DNA from: an uncultured bacterium
Lineage (GTDB): Bacteria > Fidelibacterota > Marinisomatia > Marinisomatales > TCS56
DNA length: 64,000 nt
Assembly (NCBI GenBank): GCA_964410945.1
Contig: CAYPJE010000006.1
Location: forward strand, 2,469 to 66,468
Reading direction: 5' to 3'
Part shown: in pieces, positions 29,829 to 40,158 of the stretch
Layout of the letters: every line of letters starts with the position of its first letter
Position numbering within the stretch: position 1 is the stretch's first letter
Notes under the pieces: generated by a model
Seen by the model: the letters and a program-made list of their open reading frames with translations, nothing else
Database searches by the model: none
Told to the model about the DNA's origin: nothing
Translations under genes and position numbers: made by a program

Positions 29829-29917
29829 GATATTCTCCAGATAATTGTTTTGTACTTAACCAAAAAAGCCAGCAAATTTACACTTCAATTTTAAAAGGAC
29901 AAACGAAAAGGTTAAGA

Positions 29918-30376
29918 ATGTCGTTAACAATTATCCGTCCCGCTGCCCTCGCTGATACATCGGTTATTGCCGATTTTAACATCCGGCTGGCCTGGGAAAC
30001 AGAAAATATCCAATTGAAACCGGAAATAATTAAAACCGGCGTACAGGCTGTATTCAATGATACCTCCAAAGGATTCTACCTGCTTGCTGAACGGGATGAG
30101 GGTATTGCCGGACAGTTACTCATAACCACTGAATGGTCGGACTGGCGCAATAAATATTTCTGGTGGATACAGTCGGTCTACGTGGAGCAACAGCACCGTG
30201 GAACTGGCGTATTCAAAGCACTGTATTCCGAAGTCATCGATCTGGCCCGCCGGTCGGGTTCGGTCTGCGGAATCAGGTTGGATGTTGATACTGCCAACAT
30301 AAAAGCCCAGGAAACCTACCAGAAACTGGGAATGCAACCATCCAATTATTTATTATACGAGCTGGAAATCGACTGA
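29918..30376 (+). CDS. GNAT family N-acetyltransferase
   Basis: EWSDWRN..FWWIQSVYV..HRGTGVFKALY, GIRLDV, YQKLGM. Confidence 0.9.
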   Translation: MSLTIIRPAALADTSVIADFNIRLAWETENIQLKPEIIKTGVQAVFNDTSKGFYLLAERDEGIAGQLLITTEWSDWRNKYFWWIQSVYVEQQHRGTGVFKALYSEVIDLARRSGSVCGIRLDVDTANIKAQETYQKLGMQPSNYLLYELEID

Positions 30377-31363
30377 ATGCAGATCGGCTCGCTGAAAATT
30401 ACCCCCCCCATTTTACTGGCACCCATGGCCGGTGTCACCGATTATCCTTTCCGTGTTTTATGCAAGGAACAGGGAGCACAGCTGGTCTATTCCGAATTTG
30501 TATCAGCCCATGGAATCATCCGGGAAAATGCTAAAACCCTGGATATGATCCGGTTCACCGAATTCGAACGGCCCATTGGAATTCAAATATTCGGTGACGA
30601 TCCACAAATCATGGCCCAGGCCGCCCGGTTGATCGCCGACCGTTTCCAGCCTGACCTGATCGATATCAATTACGGTTGTCCGGTACCCAAAGTCACCAAG
30701 CGCGGCGCCGGATCGGCGGCTTTGAAGGATCTGTGTTTGATGGATGATATTACCGGGGCAGTAGTGGAAGCGGTCCCGGAATTACCCGTGACAGTGAAAA
30801 TGCGTTCCGGTTGGGATTCCAGAAGCTGCGTCATCCCGGAAGCCGGGCCACGGCTGGAACAGGCCGGTGTCAAGGCAATCACCCTTCATCCCCGCAGCAC
30901 CAAACAGAGTTACAGTGGTCGGGCAGACTGGGACCTGATCCGGGAATTGAAGCGGGCGGTCACGATCCCGGTGATCGGTAACGGCGATGTACAAACCGGA
31001 GATGATCTGCTCCGAATGATTGAGTCAACCAAATGCGATGGCGTGATGATTGGCAGGGCTGCACTGGGGAATCCATTTATATTTAAGGAGCTCAATGCTG
31101 CTTACCGGGGTAATGAAAAATCAGACAAACCATCGGTCGCACTAATGGTCAAAACCTGCCGTCGCCATCTTGATCTCCAGGTTGAATACCGGGGTGAACT
31201 AGTAGGCTGCAAGCTGATGCGCAAACATTTCGGCTGGTACCTGAAAGGATTTCCCGGTGCCTCCGGTTTTCGGCAGAAACTTGTCACAGCACCCAGCTTG
31301 AATGAGATCAATTCAATCCTGGATGAAGTACTAATTAGCCATTCCCCCGCATTCACAGAATAA
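30377..31363 (+). CDS. dusB: tRNA-dihydrouridine synthase B
   Basis: LAPMAGVTD, QIFG, DINYGCPVPKV, VTVKMR, NGDV, GVMIGRA. Confidence 0.95.
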   Translation: MQIGSLKITPPILLAPMAGVTDYPFRVLCKEQGAQLVYSEFVSAHGIIRENAKTLDMIRFTEFERPIGIQIFGDDPQIMAQAARLIADRFQPDLIDINYGCPVPKVTKRGAGSAALKDLCLMDDITGAVVEAVPELPVTVKMRSGWDSRSCVIPEAGPRLEQAGVKAITLHPRSTKQSYSGRADWDLIRELKRAVTIPVIGNGDVQTGDDLLRMIESTKCDGVMIGRAALGNPFIFKELNAAYRGNEKSDKPSVALMVKTCRRHLDLQVEYRGELVGCKLMRKHFGWYLKGFPGASGFRQKLVTAPSLNEINSILDEVLISHSPAFTE

Positions 31364-31480
31364 AATAACCGAAAAACAGTAATTTTACTAATCGGCAGGC
31401 CTTGCTTATGATTTTTGGGGACACCTAAATTTCATACGTTCTTTAGCATAATTATTCATAATCTAACCTGGAGGCAGGAC

Positions 31481-33115
31481 ATGCCAAACATAAGAGTATC
31501 TGTACCAAAACCGCTCAACGATCCTGTCAAATCCTATGCCCCCGGAAGTCCGGAGCGAAAGGAACTGGTTTCCAAGCTGGCGGAGTTAAAGTCAACGGAA
31601 ATCGAGATTCCCCTGATCATCGGCGGCAAGGAAGTACGTACTGGTAATCTGGCGGAATGTGTTATCCCCCACAACCATCAGCACATATTGGCGCGCTACC
31701 ATCTGGCTGGAGAGAACGAAGTAAACGCTGCCATTGATGCATCCCAGGAAGCCTGGAAGACCTGGTCCACCATGCCCTGGGAAAGCCGGGTTGCTATCTT
31801 TCATAAAATCGCCGCTTTGCTGGCCGGACCGTATCGCCAGACCCTCAATGCGGCCACGATGCTCAATATGAGCAAGAACGCCTACCAGGCCGAGATCGAT
31901 TCAGCCTGTGAATTAATTGATTTCCTGAATTTCAATGCCTGGTACGCCCAGGGAATCTACGAGATTCAACCTCCCTATTCCCCGGCCGGATTCTGGAATA
32001 TGGTGGAACACCGCCCGCTGGAAGGATTCATCTTTGCAGTGACGCCCTTCAATTTTACCGCTATCGCCGGCAACCTGCCCACCGCTCCGGCCCTGATGGG
32101 TAATGTGGCCCTGTGGAAACCGGCCTCCAGCGCTGTCTATCCGGCTTATCACCTGATGCGGCTGTTCCAGGAAGCTGGACTGCCCGATGGCGTAATCAAC
32201 TTCATTCCCGGTCCCGGTTCCAAGGTCGGCCCGAACGTTTTGAAAAGCGGTCAGCTGGCCGGTATTCACTTCACCGGTTCGACCGGCGTATTCCAGAATA
32301 TGTGGAATACAATCGGTAATAATATTGCTTCCTATAAATCCTATCCGCGAATTGTCGGCGAGACTGGCGGCAAGGATTTTTGCATGGCCCACGAATCGGC
32401 CGATACCGATGGCCTAGCTATCGCTATGATCCGCGGCGCCTTCGAATACCAGGGACAAAAATGTTCCGCCCTGTCGCGCGCCTACATACCATCCTCGATC
32501 TGGCCCCAGGTTAAGGATCGTTATCTATCAGAGCTGGAAACGGTAAAAATGGGCGACGTGGAAGATTTCAGCAATTTCGTTAATGCTGTCATCGATAAAG
32601 CAGCTTTCGATTCGATCACTGCCTATATCGATTACGCTCAGGCATCACCGGAAGCGGAAATCATCTCCGGTGGAAAATATGATGATTCGGAAGGCTATTT
32701 CATCGAACCTACCACAATTGTTACCACCAATCCCCATTTCAAGACAATGGAGGAAGAGATATTTGGTCCGGTGCTGACAATCTACGTCTATGATCCCAAG
32801 CAATGGACCGAAACACTTGAACTGGTTGACAACACCTCACCCTACGCCCTGACCGGCTGCGTATTCGGAAATGACCGCCAGGCCGTGATCGAGGCAACCA
32901 ATGCTTTGACACATGCCGCCGGTAATTTCTATATCAATGACAAGCCCACCGGTGCCGTGGTGGGACAACAGCCATTCGGTGGTGGCCGGGCCTCGGGTAC
33001 CAATGATAAGGCCGGATCGATGTTCAATCTCCTGCGGTGGATCTCCCAACGGACAATGAAGGAAACCTACGTCCCACCGACCGATTACCGGTATCCATTC
33101 ATGGCCGAAAAATGA
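31481..33115 (+). CDS. pruA: L-glutamate gamma-semialdehyde (P5C) dehydrogenase
   Basis: GGAGG RBS before ATG 31481; QAEIDSACE, TPFNFTAI, FTGST, GETGGK, FEYQGQKCSA, EEIFGP, GNFYINDKPTG. Confidence 0.93.
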   Translation: MPNIRVSVPKPLNDPVKSYAPGSPERKELVSKLAELKSTEIEIPLIIGGKEVRTGNLAECVIPHNHQHILARYHLAGENEVNAAIDASQEAWKTWSTMPWESRVAIFHKIAALLAGPYRQTLNAATMLNMSKNAYQAEIDSACELIDFLNFNAWYAQGIYEIQPPYSPAGFWNMVEHRPLEGFIFAVTPFNFTAIAGNLPTAPALMGNVALWKPASSAVYPAYHLMRLFQEAGLPDGVINFIPGPGSKVGPNVLKSGQLAGIHFTGSTGVFQNMWNTIGNNIASYKSYPRIVGETGGKDFCMAHESADTDGLAIAMIRGAFEYQGQKCSALSRAYIPSSIWPQVKDRYLSELETVKMGDVEDFSNFVNAVIDKAAFDSITAYIDYAQASPEAEIISGGKYDDSEGYFIEPTTIVTTNPHFKTMEEEIFGPVLTIYVYDPKQWTETLELVDNTSPYALTGCVFGNDRQAVIEATNALTHAAGNFYINDKPTGAVVGQQPFGGGRASGTNDKAGSMFNLLRWISQRTMKETYVPPTDYRYPFMAEK

Positions 33116-33236
33116 TTAAACTGATCGCCGACTTACTTTCATTCCAACAGGACTTCGGTTATTCCTGATCAAGCAGTAATACCTTCATCAGGCCATCAGC
33201 TGCCACACTTTATTCAATTAAACATTTGGAGTAATC

Positions 33237-34553
33237 ATGAACCGAATTAAAACACTGATTATGGGCGCCGCCGGGCGGGATTTTCATAATTTTAATGTTA
33301 TTTACCGTGATAACGATCAATTTGATGTTGTCGCCTTCACTGCCACCCAGATTCCTGATATCGAGGGTCGGGTATACCCGGCTGAATTAGCCGGTAAACT
33401 ATACCCGGAAGGTATTCATATTCACGATGAGAGTGACCTGGAGGTCCTGATCGATCGTCACCAGGTGGAAGAAGTTGTCTTTTCCTATTCCGATATATCC
33501 CACGAGACTGTCATGCATATCGCCTCCCGCGTGATTGCCACCGGAGCCCATTTCAAACTGCTGGGTGCCGCCCCAACCATGGTAAAATCAACCAAACCGG
33601 TGATCGGAATCGGTGCGGTCAGAACCGGTTGCGGAAAAAGCCAGACCACCCGCAAGGTAGCCCAGATCCTGAAGGATGCCGGTAAAAAGGTAGCCGCTAT
33701 CCGCCACCCCATGCCATATGGCGATCTGGCAGCTCAGAAAGTTCAGCGCTTTGCCTCGATCGAGGATCTTAAGAAACACAAATGTACCATCGAGGAAATG
33801 GAAGAGTATGAACCACATATCACTACCGGCACCATCATCTATGCCGGTGTCGATTATGAAGCCATCCTGAGGGAAGCGGAAAAGGAAGCGGACGTAATTC
33901 TCTGGGACGGCGGTAATAATGATATGCCTTTCTACAAGCTTGATTTGAACATTGTAGTGGCCGATCCTCATCGTCCGGGACACGAATTAACTTACTACCC
34001 CGGTGAAACCAACCTGCTGATGGCCGATGTGGTGGTAATCAACAAGATCGATACTGCCGATTCGGATTATACCGAAGAAGTACGCTGGAATATCCGCCAG
34101 AACAATCCCGAGGCCGTTATCATTGATGCTGCCTCGCCAATCTCGGTAGAAGATCATAAGCTGATTCTGGGGAAACGGGCTCTGGTCGTGGAAGATGGCC
34201 CGACCCTGACCCACGGTGAAATGAAATATGGTGCCGGCACTGTGGCCGCTGAAAAATTCGGTGCAGCCGAAGCAATCGATCCCCGGCCCTTCACTGTAGG
34301 TACAATTTCCGATACCTTCGAGAAATACAATGATATCGGAACGGTATTGCCAGCGATGGGTTATGGTGATCAGCAGATGAAAGACCTGGAGGCCACGATT
34401 GCCAAAGTGGACTGTGATGTTGTCATTATCGGTACACCGATCGATCTGCGGCGGGTCTGCGAAATCAAACAACCTTCGGTTCGTGTAACTTATGATTTAC
34501 AGGAAATCGGCCGTCCCAGCCTGGAGGACGCCCTGGCCGAATTCTTGAAATAA
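33237..34553 (+). CDS. P-loop protein of the cyclic 2,3-diphosphoglycerate synthetase-like (COG2403) family; probable arginine synthetase
   Basis: GAAGRDFHNFN, AFTATQIP, Walker A GAVRTGCGKSQT, IRHPMPYG, EEMEEYEPH, WDGGNND, VEDGPTLTHG; stop overlaps the arcC start. Confidence 0.8.
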   Translation: MNRIKTLIMGAAGRDFHNFNVIYRDNDQFDVVAFTATQIPDIEGRVYPAELAGKLYPEGIHIHDESDLEVLIDRHQVEEVVFSYSDISHETVMHIASRVIATGAHFKLLGAAPTMVKSTKPVIGIGAVRTGCGKSQTTRKVAQILKDAGKKVAAIRHPMPYGDLAAQKVQRFASIEDLKKHKCTIEEMEEYEPHITTGTIIYAGVDYEAILREAEKEADVILWDGGNNDMPFYKLDLNIVVADPHRPGHELTYYPGETNLLMADVVVINKIDTADSDYTEEVRWNIRQNNPEAVIIDAASPISVEDHKLILGKRALVVEDGPTLTHGEMKYGAGTVAAEKFGAAEAIDPRPFTVGTISDTFEKYNDIGTVLPAMGYGDQQMKDLEATIAKVDCDVVIIGTPIDLRRVCEIKQPSVRVTYDLQEIGRPSLEDALAEFLK

Positions 34554-35497
34554 TGGCCCGAACAGCTATCATCGCCTTTGGGGGAAATGCCCTTTCCCCC
34601 AAGGGTGAATCCGGTACGATTTCCCAGCAATTCGCCCATACCCGCGAAAGTCTCAGTGCCGTCATGCATTTTGTTGAGTTGGATTATAACTTATGCCTGA
34701 CCCATGGGAATGGGCCCCAGGTGGGCGATGAGCTGTTGCGGATGGAAATCACTCATGAAAAAATTGCTCCTCAGCCACTAGGCGTTTGTGTGGCCGGCAC
34801 CCAGGGAACGATCGGCTACATGATCCAGCAGTCGCTGCAGAATGCTCTGAAAACAGCCGACGTAGACCGGGAAGTTGTTACCCTGGTTACCCAGGTAGTT
34901 GTAGATCCGGATGATCCGTCGATTGCTAACCCTACCAAGTATATCGGACGTTCCTATCCCCTGGCGGAAGCGGAAAAGCTGGCTAAAAAATTCGGCTGGA
35001 ATATATCAGAACAGAATCCCGGCGAATGGCGCCAGGTGGTTCCCAGCCCCATACCCCAGTTTATAATGCACGGTATGAGTGTCCGTGCCCTGGTTGATCG
35101 TGGCACAATTGTGCTGGCGGCCGGTGGGGGTGGTATCCCGGTCTATTACAAGAAAAACGGCTGCCTGGAAGGCCTCGATGCCGTGATCGATAAAGACCTG
35201 GCCGCTGCCTTGATGGGCCGTATCGTCCATGCTGATGAATTATGGATTATAACCGATATCGATGCGGCCTACCGGAATTTCAATCAGGCTGGCCAGGAAC
35301 GCCTGGCAACCCTTACTGTTTCCGAGGCAAAAAATCTTATGAAAGAGGGAGAATTTCAATCAGGAAGTATGGCACCGAAAATCCAAGCAGCCATATATTT
35401 CCTGTCGCACCACGGTGAAAAAGTGGTGATTACGTCCATTCCTGAAGTCGCTAATGCATTTGAAGGAGCCGCAGGAACGACAATTGTCAGGGATTAA
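34553..35497 (+). CDS. arcC: Carbamate kinase
   Basis: AFGGNAL, THGNGPQVG, PTKYIG, AGGGGIP, AVIDKD, GSMAPK. Confidence 0.95.
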   Translation: MARTAIIAFGGNALSPKGESGTISQQFAHTRESLSAVMHFVELDYNLCLTHGNGPQVGDELLRMEITHEKIAPQPLGVCVAGTQGTIGYMIQQSLQNALKTADVDREVVTLVTQVVVDPDDPSIANPTKYIGRSYPLAEAEKLAKKFGWNISEQNPGEWRQVVPSPIPQFIMHGMSVRALVDRGTIVLAAGGGGIPVYYKKNGCLEGLDAVIDKDLAAALMGRIVHADELWIITDIDAAYRNFNQAGQERLATLTVSEAKNLMKEGEFQSGSMAPKIQAAIYFLSHHGEKVVITSIPEVANAFEGAAGTTIVRD

Positions 35498-35512
35498 TCC
35501 CGGGAGGAAATA

Positions 35513-36682
35513 TTGAAAATTCACGAGTACCAGGCCAAGGATATATTCCGGCAGTTCAAGGTAGCCGTTCCTAAAAGCCGCCCCGCATTCAGTATTGATG
35601 AAGCCGTTAACGTATACAACCAACTCGGCTCGAAACTGGCGGTAGTCAAAGCCCAGATCCATGCCGGTGGCCGTGGAAAAGGCGGTGGTGTGAAACTGGC
35701 CCATAACGAGGTTGAGGTCCGCAATATCGCCCGGCGCCTGCTTGGTATGAATCTGGTCACCCACCAGACGGGTCCTGGGGGGACCAAGGTTCAGCGCCTG
35801 CTGGTAGAAGCGGGTATTGATATCGCCCGTGAGTTGTATGCCGGTATCGTATTGGATCGAGCCAGCGGACAATTTGTCTTTATGGTATCCACCGAGGGTG
35901 GTGTCGAAATCGAAAAAGTGGCCGCCGAAACTCCTGAAAAAATTATCAAAGAATGGATCAATCCCGGATTGGGATTTCGGATTTACCAGGCCCGTAAGCT
36001 GGCATTTGCCCTCGGGCTGAAAGGTGCCCAGGTTAAATCAGCAATTAAAATCTTCCGAGCCCTGTGGGAGGTATTCCAGGCCAAGGATTGCTCACTGATC
36101 GAAATCAATCCCCTGGTGGTTACCAAGGATGATCAGGTAATCGCATTAGATGCAAAAATCAATTTTGACGATAATGGACTGTTCCGCCACCCCGATCTGA
36201 AAGAATTGCGGGATGTTACCGAGGAAGATCCAGCCGAACTGGAAGCCAGCAAATTCAGCCTCAATTATATCAAGCTGGATGGTACTGTTGGGTGCATGGT
36301 CAATGGTGCCGGTCTGGCAATGGCCACAATGGATATTATTAAACTGAACGGTGGTGAACCGGCCAATTTCCTGGATGTGGGTGGGGTGGCTAATTCGGAA
36401 ACGGTCGCCAATGGATTCCGCCTGATCCTGGCCGACCCGAATGTAAAGGCAATCTTAGTGAATATTTTCGGTGGAATCGTCCGCTGTGACCGGGTGGCCA
36501 ATGGACTGATCGAGGCACTGACGACAGTACAAGTAGAAGTTCCTGTCGTAATCAGACTGGAGGGAACGAATGCCCAGGAGGCAGCTGTTATTCTTAAAAA
36601 TTCAGATCTGAAATTTAATGTGGCCGACAGCCTGCAGGATGCGGCACAGAAAGCGGTGGCTGAAGCCCGGGGAGGTATCTGA
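35513..36682 (+). CDS. sucC: Succinyl-CoA synthetase beta subunit
   Basis: TTG start after GGAGG; [51 protein letters not shown]. Confidence 0.97.
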   Translation: MKIHEYQAKDIFRQFKVAVPKSRPAFSIDEAVNVYNQLGSKLAVVKAQIHAGGRGKGGGVKLAHNEVEVRNIARRLLGMNLVTHQTGPGGTKVQRLLVEAGIDIARELYAGIVLDRASGQFVFMVSTEGGVEIEKVAAETPEKIIKEWINPGLGFRIYQARKLAFALGLKGAQVKSAIKIFRALWEVFQAKDCSLIEINPLVVTKDDQVIALDAKINFDDNGLFRHPDLKELRDVTEEDPAELEASKFSLNYIKLDGTVGCMVNGAGLAMATMDIIKLNGGEPANFLDVGGVANSETVANGFRLILADPNVKAILVNIFGGIVRCDRVANGLIEALTTVQVEVPVVIRLEGTNAQEAAVILKNSDLKFNVADSLQDAAQKAVAEARGGI

Positions 36683-37557
36683 TGAGTGTTCTGGTAAACA
36701 ATGATACTCGCTTAGTGATCCAGGGAATTACCGGCCAGGAAGGAAGCTTTCACGGCGAACAGATGCAGGCCTATGGCACCAAGCTGGTCGGTGGTGTCAC
36801 GCCAGGTAAAGGCGGCCAACAGGTTCTTGGCGTGCCGGTGTTCGACACTGTTGCAACAGCTCGAAAGGAAACCGGTGCCAACACCAGTGTTATTTTTGTC
36901 CCTCCTGCTTTTGCCGCCGAAGCGATTATCGAAGCTGCCGATGCCGGAATTGAGCTGGTAGTCTGTATTACCGAAGGTATTCCAACCATGGATATGGTTG
37001 AGGTACATGATTTTCTTAAATGTACCAATACACGATTAGTAGGTCCCAACTGCCCGGGAGTAATTTCACCCGGACAGGCCAAAGTGGGAATTATGCCCGG
37101 GTTCATCCATTCACCTGGCAAGATCGGTGTTGTATCACGGTCTGGCACCCTGACCTACGAAGCGGTACACCAGTTAAGTCAATTTGGAATGGGCCAGTCA
37201 ACATCAATTGGAATTGGTGGCGACCCGATTATTGGCACGAATTTTATCGATATGCTGGAATTATTCCAGAACGATACAGGAACCGAAGGGGTGGTGCTGA
37301 TCGGTGAGATCGGGGGAACCGCTGAAGAAGAGGCCTCCCAATGGGTTATCGACCAGAAATTTAATAAGCCGATTGTGGCTTTCATTGCCGGGCAGACCGC
37401 TCCGCCGGGAAGGCGAATGGGGCATGCCGGGGCAATTATAGCCGGTGGAAAAGGAACTGCAGCCGATAAAATGCAGGCCCTGACCAGGGCGGGAATCCGG
37501 GTCGTGAAAAGCCCGGCTGAAATTGGTGCAGCCATGCATGCTGCCATAAACGAATAA
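36682..37557 (+). CDS. sucD: Succinyl-CoA synthetase alpha subunit
   Basis: [31 protein letters not shown]. Confidence 0.97.
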   Translation: MSVLVNNDTRLVIQGITGQEGSFHGEQMQAYGTKLVGGVTPGKGGQQVLGVPVFDTVATARKETGANTSVIFVPPAFAAEAIIEAADAGIELVVCITEGIPTMDMVEVHDFLKCTNTRLVGPNCPGVISPGQAKVGIMPGFIHSPGKIGVVSRSGTLTYEAVHQLSQFGMGQSTSIGIGGDPIIGTNFIDMLELFQNDTGTEGVVLIGEIGGTAEEEASQWVIDQKFNKPIVAFIAGQTAPPGRRMGHAGAIIAGGKGTAADKMQALTRAGIRVVKSPAEIGAAMHAAINE

Positions 37558-37596
37558 ATCTTGATAACTGATTAAATGAAAAAACAGGAGTAATTT

Positions 37597-38019
37597 GTGG
37601 GAAATCGCACATTAGCTATCATTAAACCGGATGCCGTTGGAAATTTATATACAGGAAAAATTATTGATCGTCTGTTAAGTGGCGGCTTTAAAATTGTTGC
37701 TGCCCGGCTCGAACACCTGTCAGACGATAGGGCTCAGGGATTTTATGCTGTTCACAAAGAGCGTCCCTTCTTTAACGATCTGGTGGAATTCATGACCTCC
37801 GGTCCCTGCATGCCAATGGTTATAGAGCATGAAAACGCCGTTGAATCATTTCGGAATTTTATCGGCAAAACCAACCCGGCTGAAGCCGCAGAAGGCACAA
37901 TTCGCCGCGATTTTGCCGAAAGTATCCAGAATAATGCGATTCATGGCTCCGATTCAGACGAAAATGCTGAAAAAGAAATTGCATTTTTCTTTTCAGCCGA
38001 TCAAATTCATACTACTTGA
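37597..38019 (+). CDS. ndk: Nucleoside diphosphate kinase
   Basis: [25 protein letters not shown]. Confidence 0.97.
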   Translation: MGNRTLAIIKPDAVGNLYTGKIIDRLLSGGFKIVAARLEHLSDDRAQGFYAVHKERPFFNDLVEFMTSGPCMPMVIEHENAVESFRNFIGKTNPAEAAEGTIRRDFAESIQNNAIHGSDSDENAEKEIAFFFSADQIHTT

Positions 38020-38051
38020 TTAGCATTTTTTCCAAAATACATGCGAGGGTT

Positions 38052-38843
38052 ATGAGTATTAAACATTACTTTACAATCTTATTGGCTGTATTACTACTGA
38101 TCGGTTGTGGTGGAGATGGGGTTGAAGGTGTTGTCGGTGAATACCAGTCGGCTGAAGCCGAACTGCCGGCAGATGACGGGATTTTTGATTTCACCTGGTC
38201 GATCATACAGCAACCGGATGCCAGTATTCTGGCCACCGATGATCTTGAGTTGAGCCAGGATGACCATGTCATCAGCTTTATTCCTGACTATGCTGGCAAT
38301 TACATCTTTGAAGTTATTGTTTCCGATGAATTTGGAGATGAGGTGTCAACACAGCAATTTGAGTTTATCATCACTGATTCAGACGAATCGGCGGCAGAAG
38401 ATGATGAAGATTTAGATGATATGGAAGAAGAAGCTGAAGATTCAGAATCAGACTTCTATGCTGAAGATACAGTGGAGGAAACTTATACTCCACCGCCACC
38501 TCCTCCGGAACCGGTAAAACAGCCGGTGCGTGCGGTATCCAAACCAAAACCAAAGCCGAAACCGGTAATTGGTGCTGATATCCCCAAAGATCCGTTGCGT
38601 TACACGATCCAGGTTTCCGCCAAGCGTACCTTTGAAGAAGCCCAGCATTCCGCCGAGCAATTTATCCAAGCCGGTTATGATGCCTACATTCAAAAGGCCT
38701 ACTTTAAAGAAACCGATGAAATCTGGTACCGGGTAAGGGTTGGTAGTTTCGAAAGCTATACTACCGCCCGCAATGTAGCAAAAGAAATATCCGGCATAGC
38801 TCAAAGTGATATCTGGGTCGATCACATTCGACTGGAAAATTAG
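38052..38843 (+). CDS. Lipoprotein with Ig/PKD-like domain, acidic/Pro linker and C-terminal SPOR domain
   Basis: Lipobox LIGC; FTWSIIQQP...PDYAGNYIFEVIVSD; YTIQVSA...WYRVRVGSF. Confidence 0.8.
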   Translation: MSIKHYFTILLAVLLLIGCGGDGVEGVVGEYQSAEAELPADDGIFDFTWSIIQQPDASILATDDLELSQDDHVISFIPDYAGNYIFEVIVSDEFGDEVSTQQFEFIITDSDESAAEDDEDLDDMEEEAEDSESDFYAEDTVEETYTPPPPPPEPVKQPVRAVSKPKPKPKPVIGADIPKDPLRYTIQVSAKRTFEEAQHSAEQFIQAGYDAYIQKAYFKETDEIWYRVRVGSFESYTTARNVAKEISGIAQSDIWVDHIRLEN

Positions 38844-38855
38844 AAGGAGTAAATC

Positions 38856-40046
38856 ATGGGTCCCATGAATCTACATTTTGATGTGCGCGACATCTTTCGC
38901 GCCCCGCGTCTGGCTTTAAGTGGTAAAAAAATCCTGATCTTTCTGTTTGGCCTGATCAGCGGTTGGATTGTCTACTGGATATTGACTTACCTGGCCCTGG
39001 CCCTGGCAGGTAACAGTTTCAGCACCGCCTGGTCGCAATTCGGCCTGTACCCTTGCCTGTATGCCGCCGGTTGCGGGCCATGGTACGCCCAGCTGGTCTA
39101 CTGGATCGGAATAATTTTCTGGTTTTTGACGATCAACCTATCATGCACCGCCGTTGCACGGGTAACCTATAAGCAGCTGAAAGGCGATGAATTCTATTCT
39201 TCCGGAGATGCCTGGAAATATGTCAAGAAACACTGGCATCCGGTGGTATTCACTTCATTGAGTATCATCCTGATCATTGCTTTCTTTGTTGTGATGGCAG
39301 CAATATTCGGGTTAATCGGTAAAATTCCTTACCTGGGTGAATTCCTGTTTGCCCTGCCCTATCTGTTCTACTTCTTCGGATCGGTATTCACTGTCTACAC
39401 ACTGGTAGTTCTGGTCACGTCTTTCATTTATACACCGGCAATCGTCAGTGCCTATGAAGAGGACACGATGGGCTCGGTCTTCCAGAGTTATTCATTAACC
39501 TGGTCACAACCCTGGCGTATAATTCTTTATCACCTCGTTCTATTACCGATCAGTTATCTTGGTATTTACCTTTTCGGCCTGTTCTGGTTCGGTGGCTATA
39601 AACTGGTAAATCTGGTGATGGGTGCTGATTGGGCTCTTGGAATGGGTGATAAACTTTCCAACATTGTCGGCTTTGCCAGTAATATTGTTTTCCCGTCCTT
39701 TTGTTCAAGTGCCGGCTGTTGCAATTGGTGTTGTCTCTTCCCTGTCGCTGGTAGTGAAATTCCGGTAGTTCAGTCAATTGCCGGTGTAATTGTGGCGGTC
39801 TTTCTATTCATTCTTTTCGCTTCGGTCATCGCCTATGGATTATCAATAATATCCGTGGGTGAAACGTTGATGTTTGTGATTTTCAAGAAGAAATCAGATG
39901 ACGATAATCTTCTGGAACGCAAGGACGAGGAAGAATTAGCCGAAGAAGAAGCCGAAGAAAATGAAAGTGAAGGTTCGGAACCGGAGGACTCTGACTCCAG
40001 TACCGGGGAACCGGAAGAAGACCAACCGGAGAAAGATAACGGCTGA
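38856..40046 (+). CDS. Multi-pass membrane protein of unknown function with a Cys cluster and acidic tail
   Basis: Several hydrophobic segments, FCSSAGCCNWCCLFP, D/E-rich C-terminus; AGGAG RBS. Confidence 0.8.
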   Translation: MGPMNLHFDVRDIFRAPRLALSGKKILIFLFGLISGWIVYWILTYLALALAGNSFSTAWSQFGLYPCLYAAGCGPWYAQLVYWIGIIFWFLTINLSCTAVARVTYKQLKGDEFYSSGDAWKYVKKHWHPVVFTSLSIILIIAFFVVMAAIFGLIGKIPYLGEFLFALPYLFYFFGSVFTVYTLVVLVTSFIYTPAIVSAYEEDTMGSVFQSYSLTWSQPWRIILYHLVLLPISYLGIYLFGLFWFGGYKLVNLVMGADWALGMGDKLSNIVGFASNIVFPSFCSSAGCCNWCCLFPVAGSEIPVVQSIAGVIVAVFLFILFASVIAYGLSIISVGETLMFVIFKKKSDDDNLLERKDEEELAEEEAEENESEGSEPEDSDSSTGEPEEDQPEKDNG

Positions 40047-40084
40047 CTTCTTTCCAGCCAACTGATTATTGACTGACCAATCTT

Positions 40085-40113
40085 AAAAAGTGCCTGTAAA
40101 ACAGGCACTTTTT
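40085..40113 (+). terminator. Intrinsic (possibly bidirectional) terminator
   Basis: AAAAAGTGCCTGT-AAA-ACAGGCACTTTTT. Confidence 0.85.
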
Positions 40114-40158
40114 ATCCTTGTAAGAATCATTAACAAAGATTAGTTTTGCGGGCTAAAA

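Noticed and set aside
33116-33236. Riboswitch or terminator between pruA and the arginine-synthetase-like gene
   Set aside because: Only a weak CAGGA/TCCTG stem, with no U-tract or known aptamer motif
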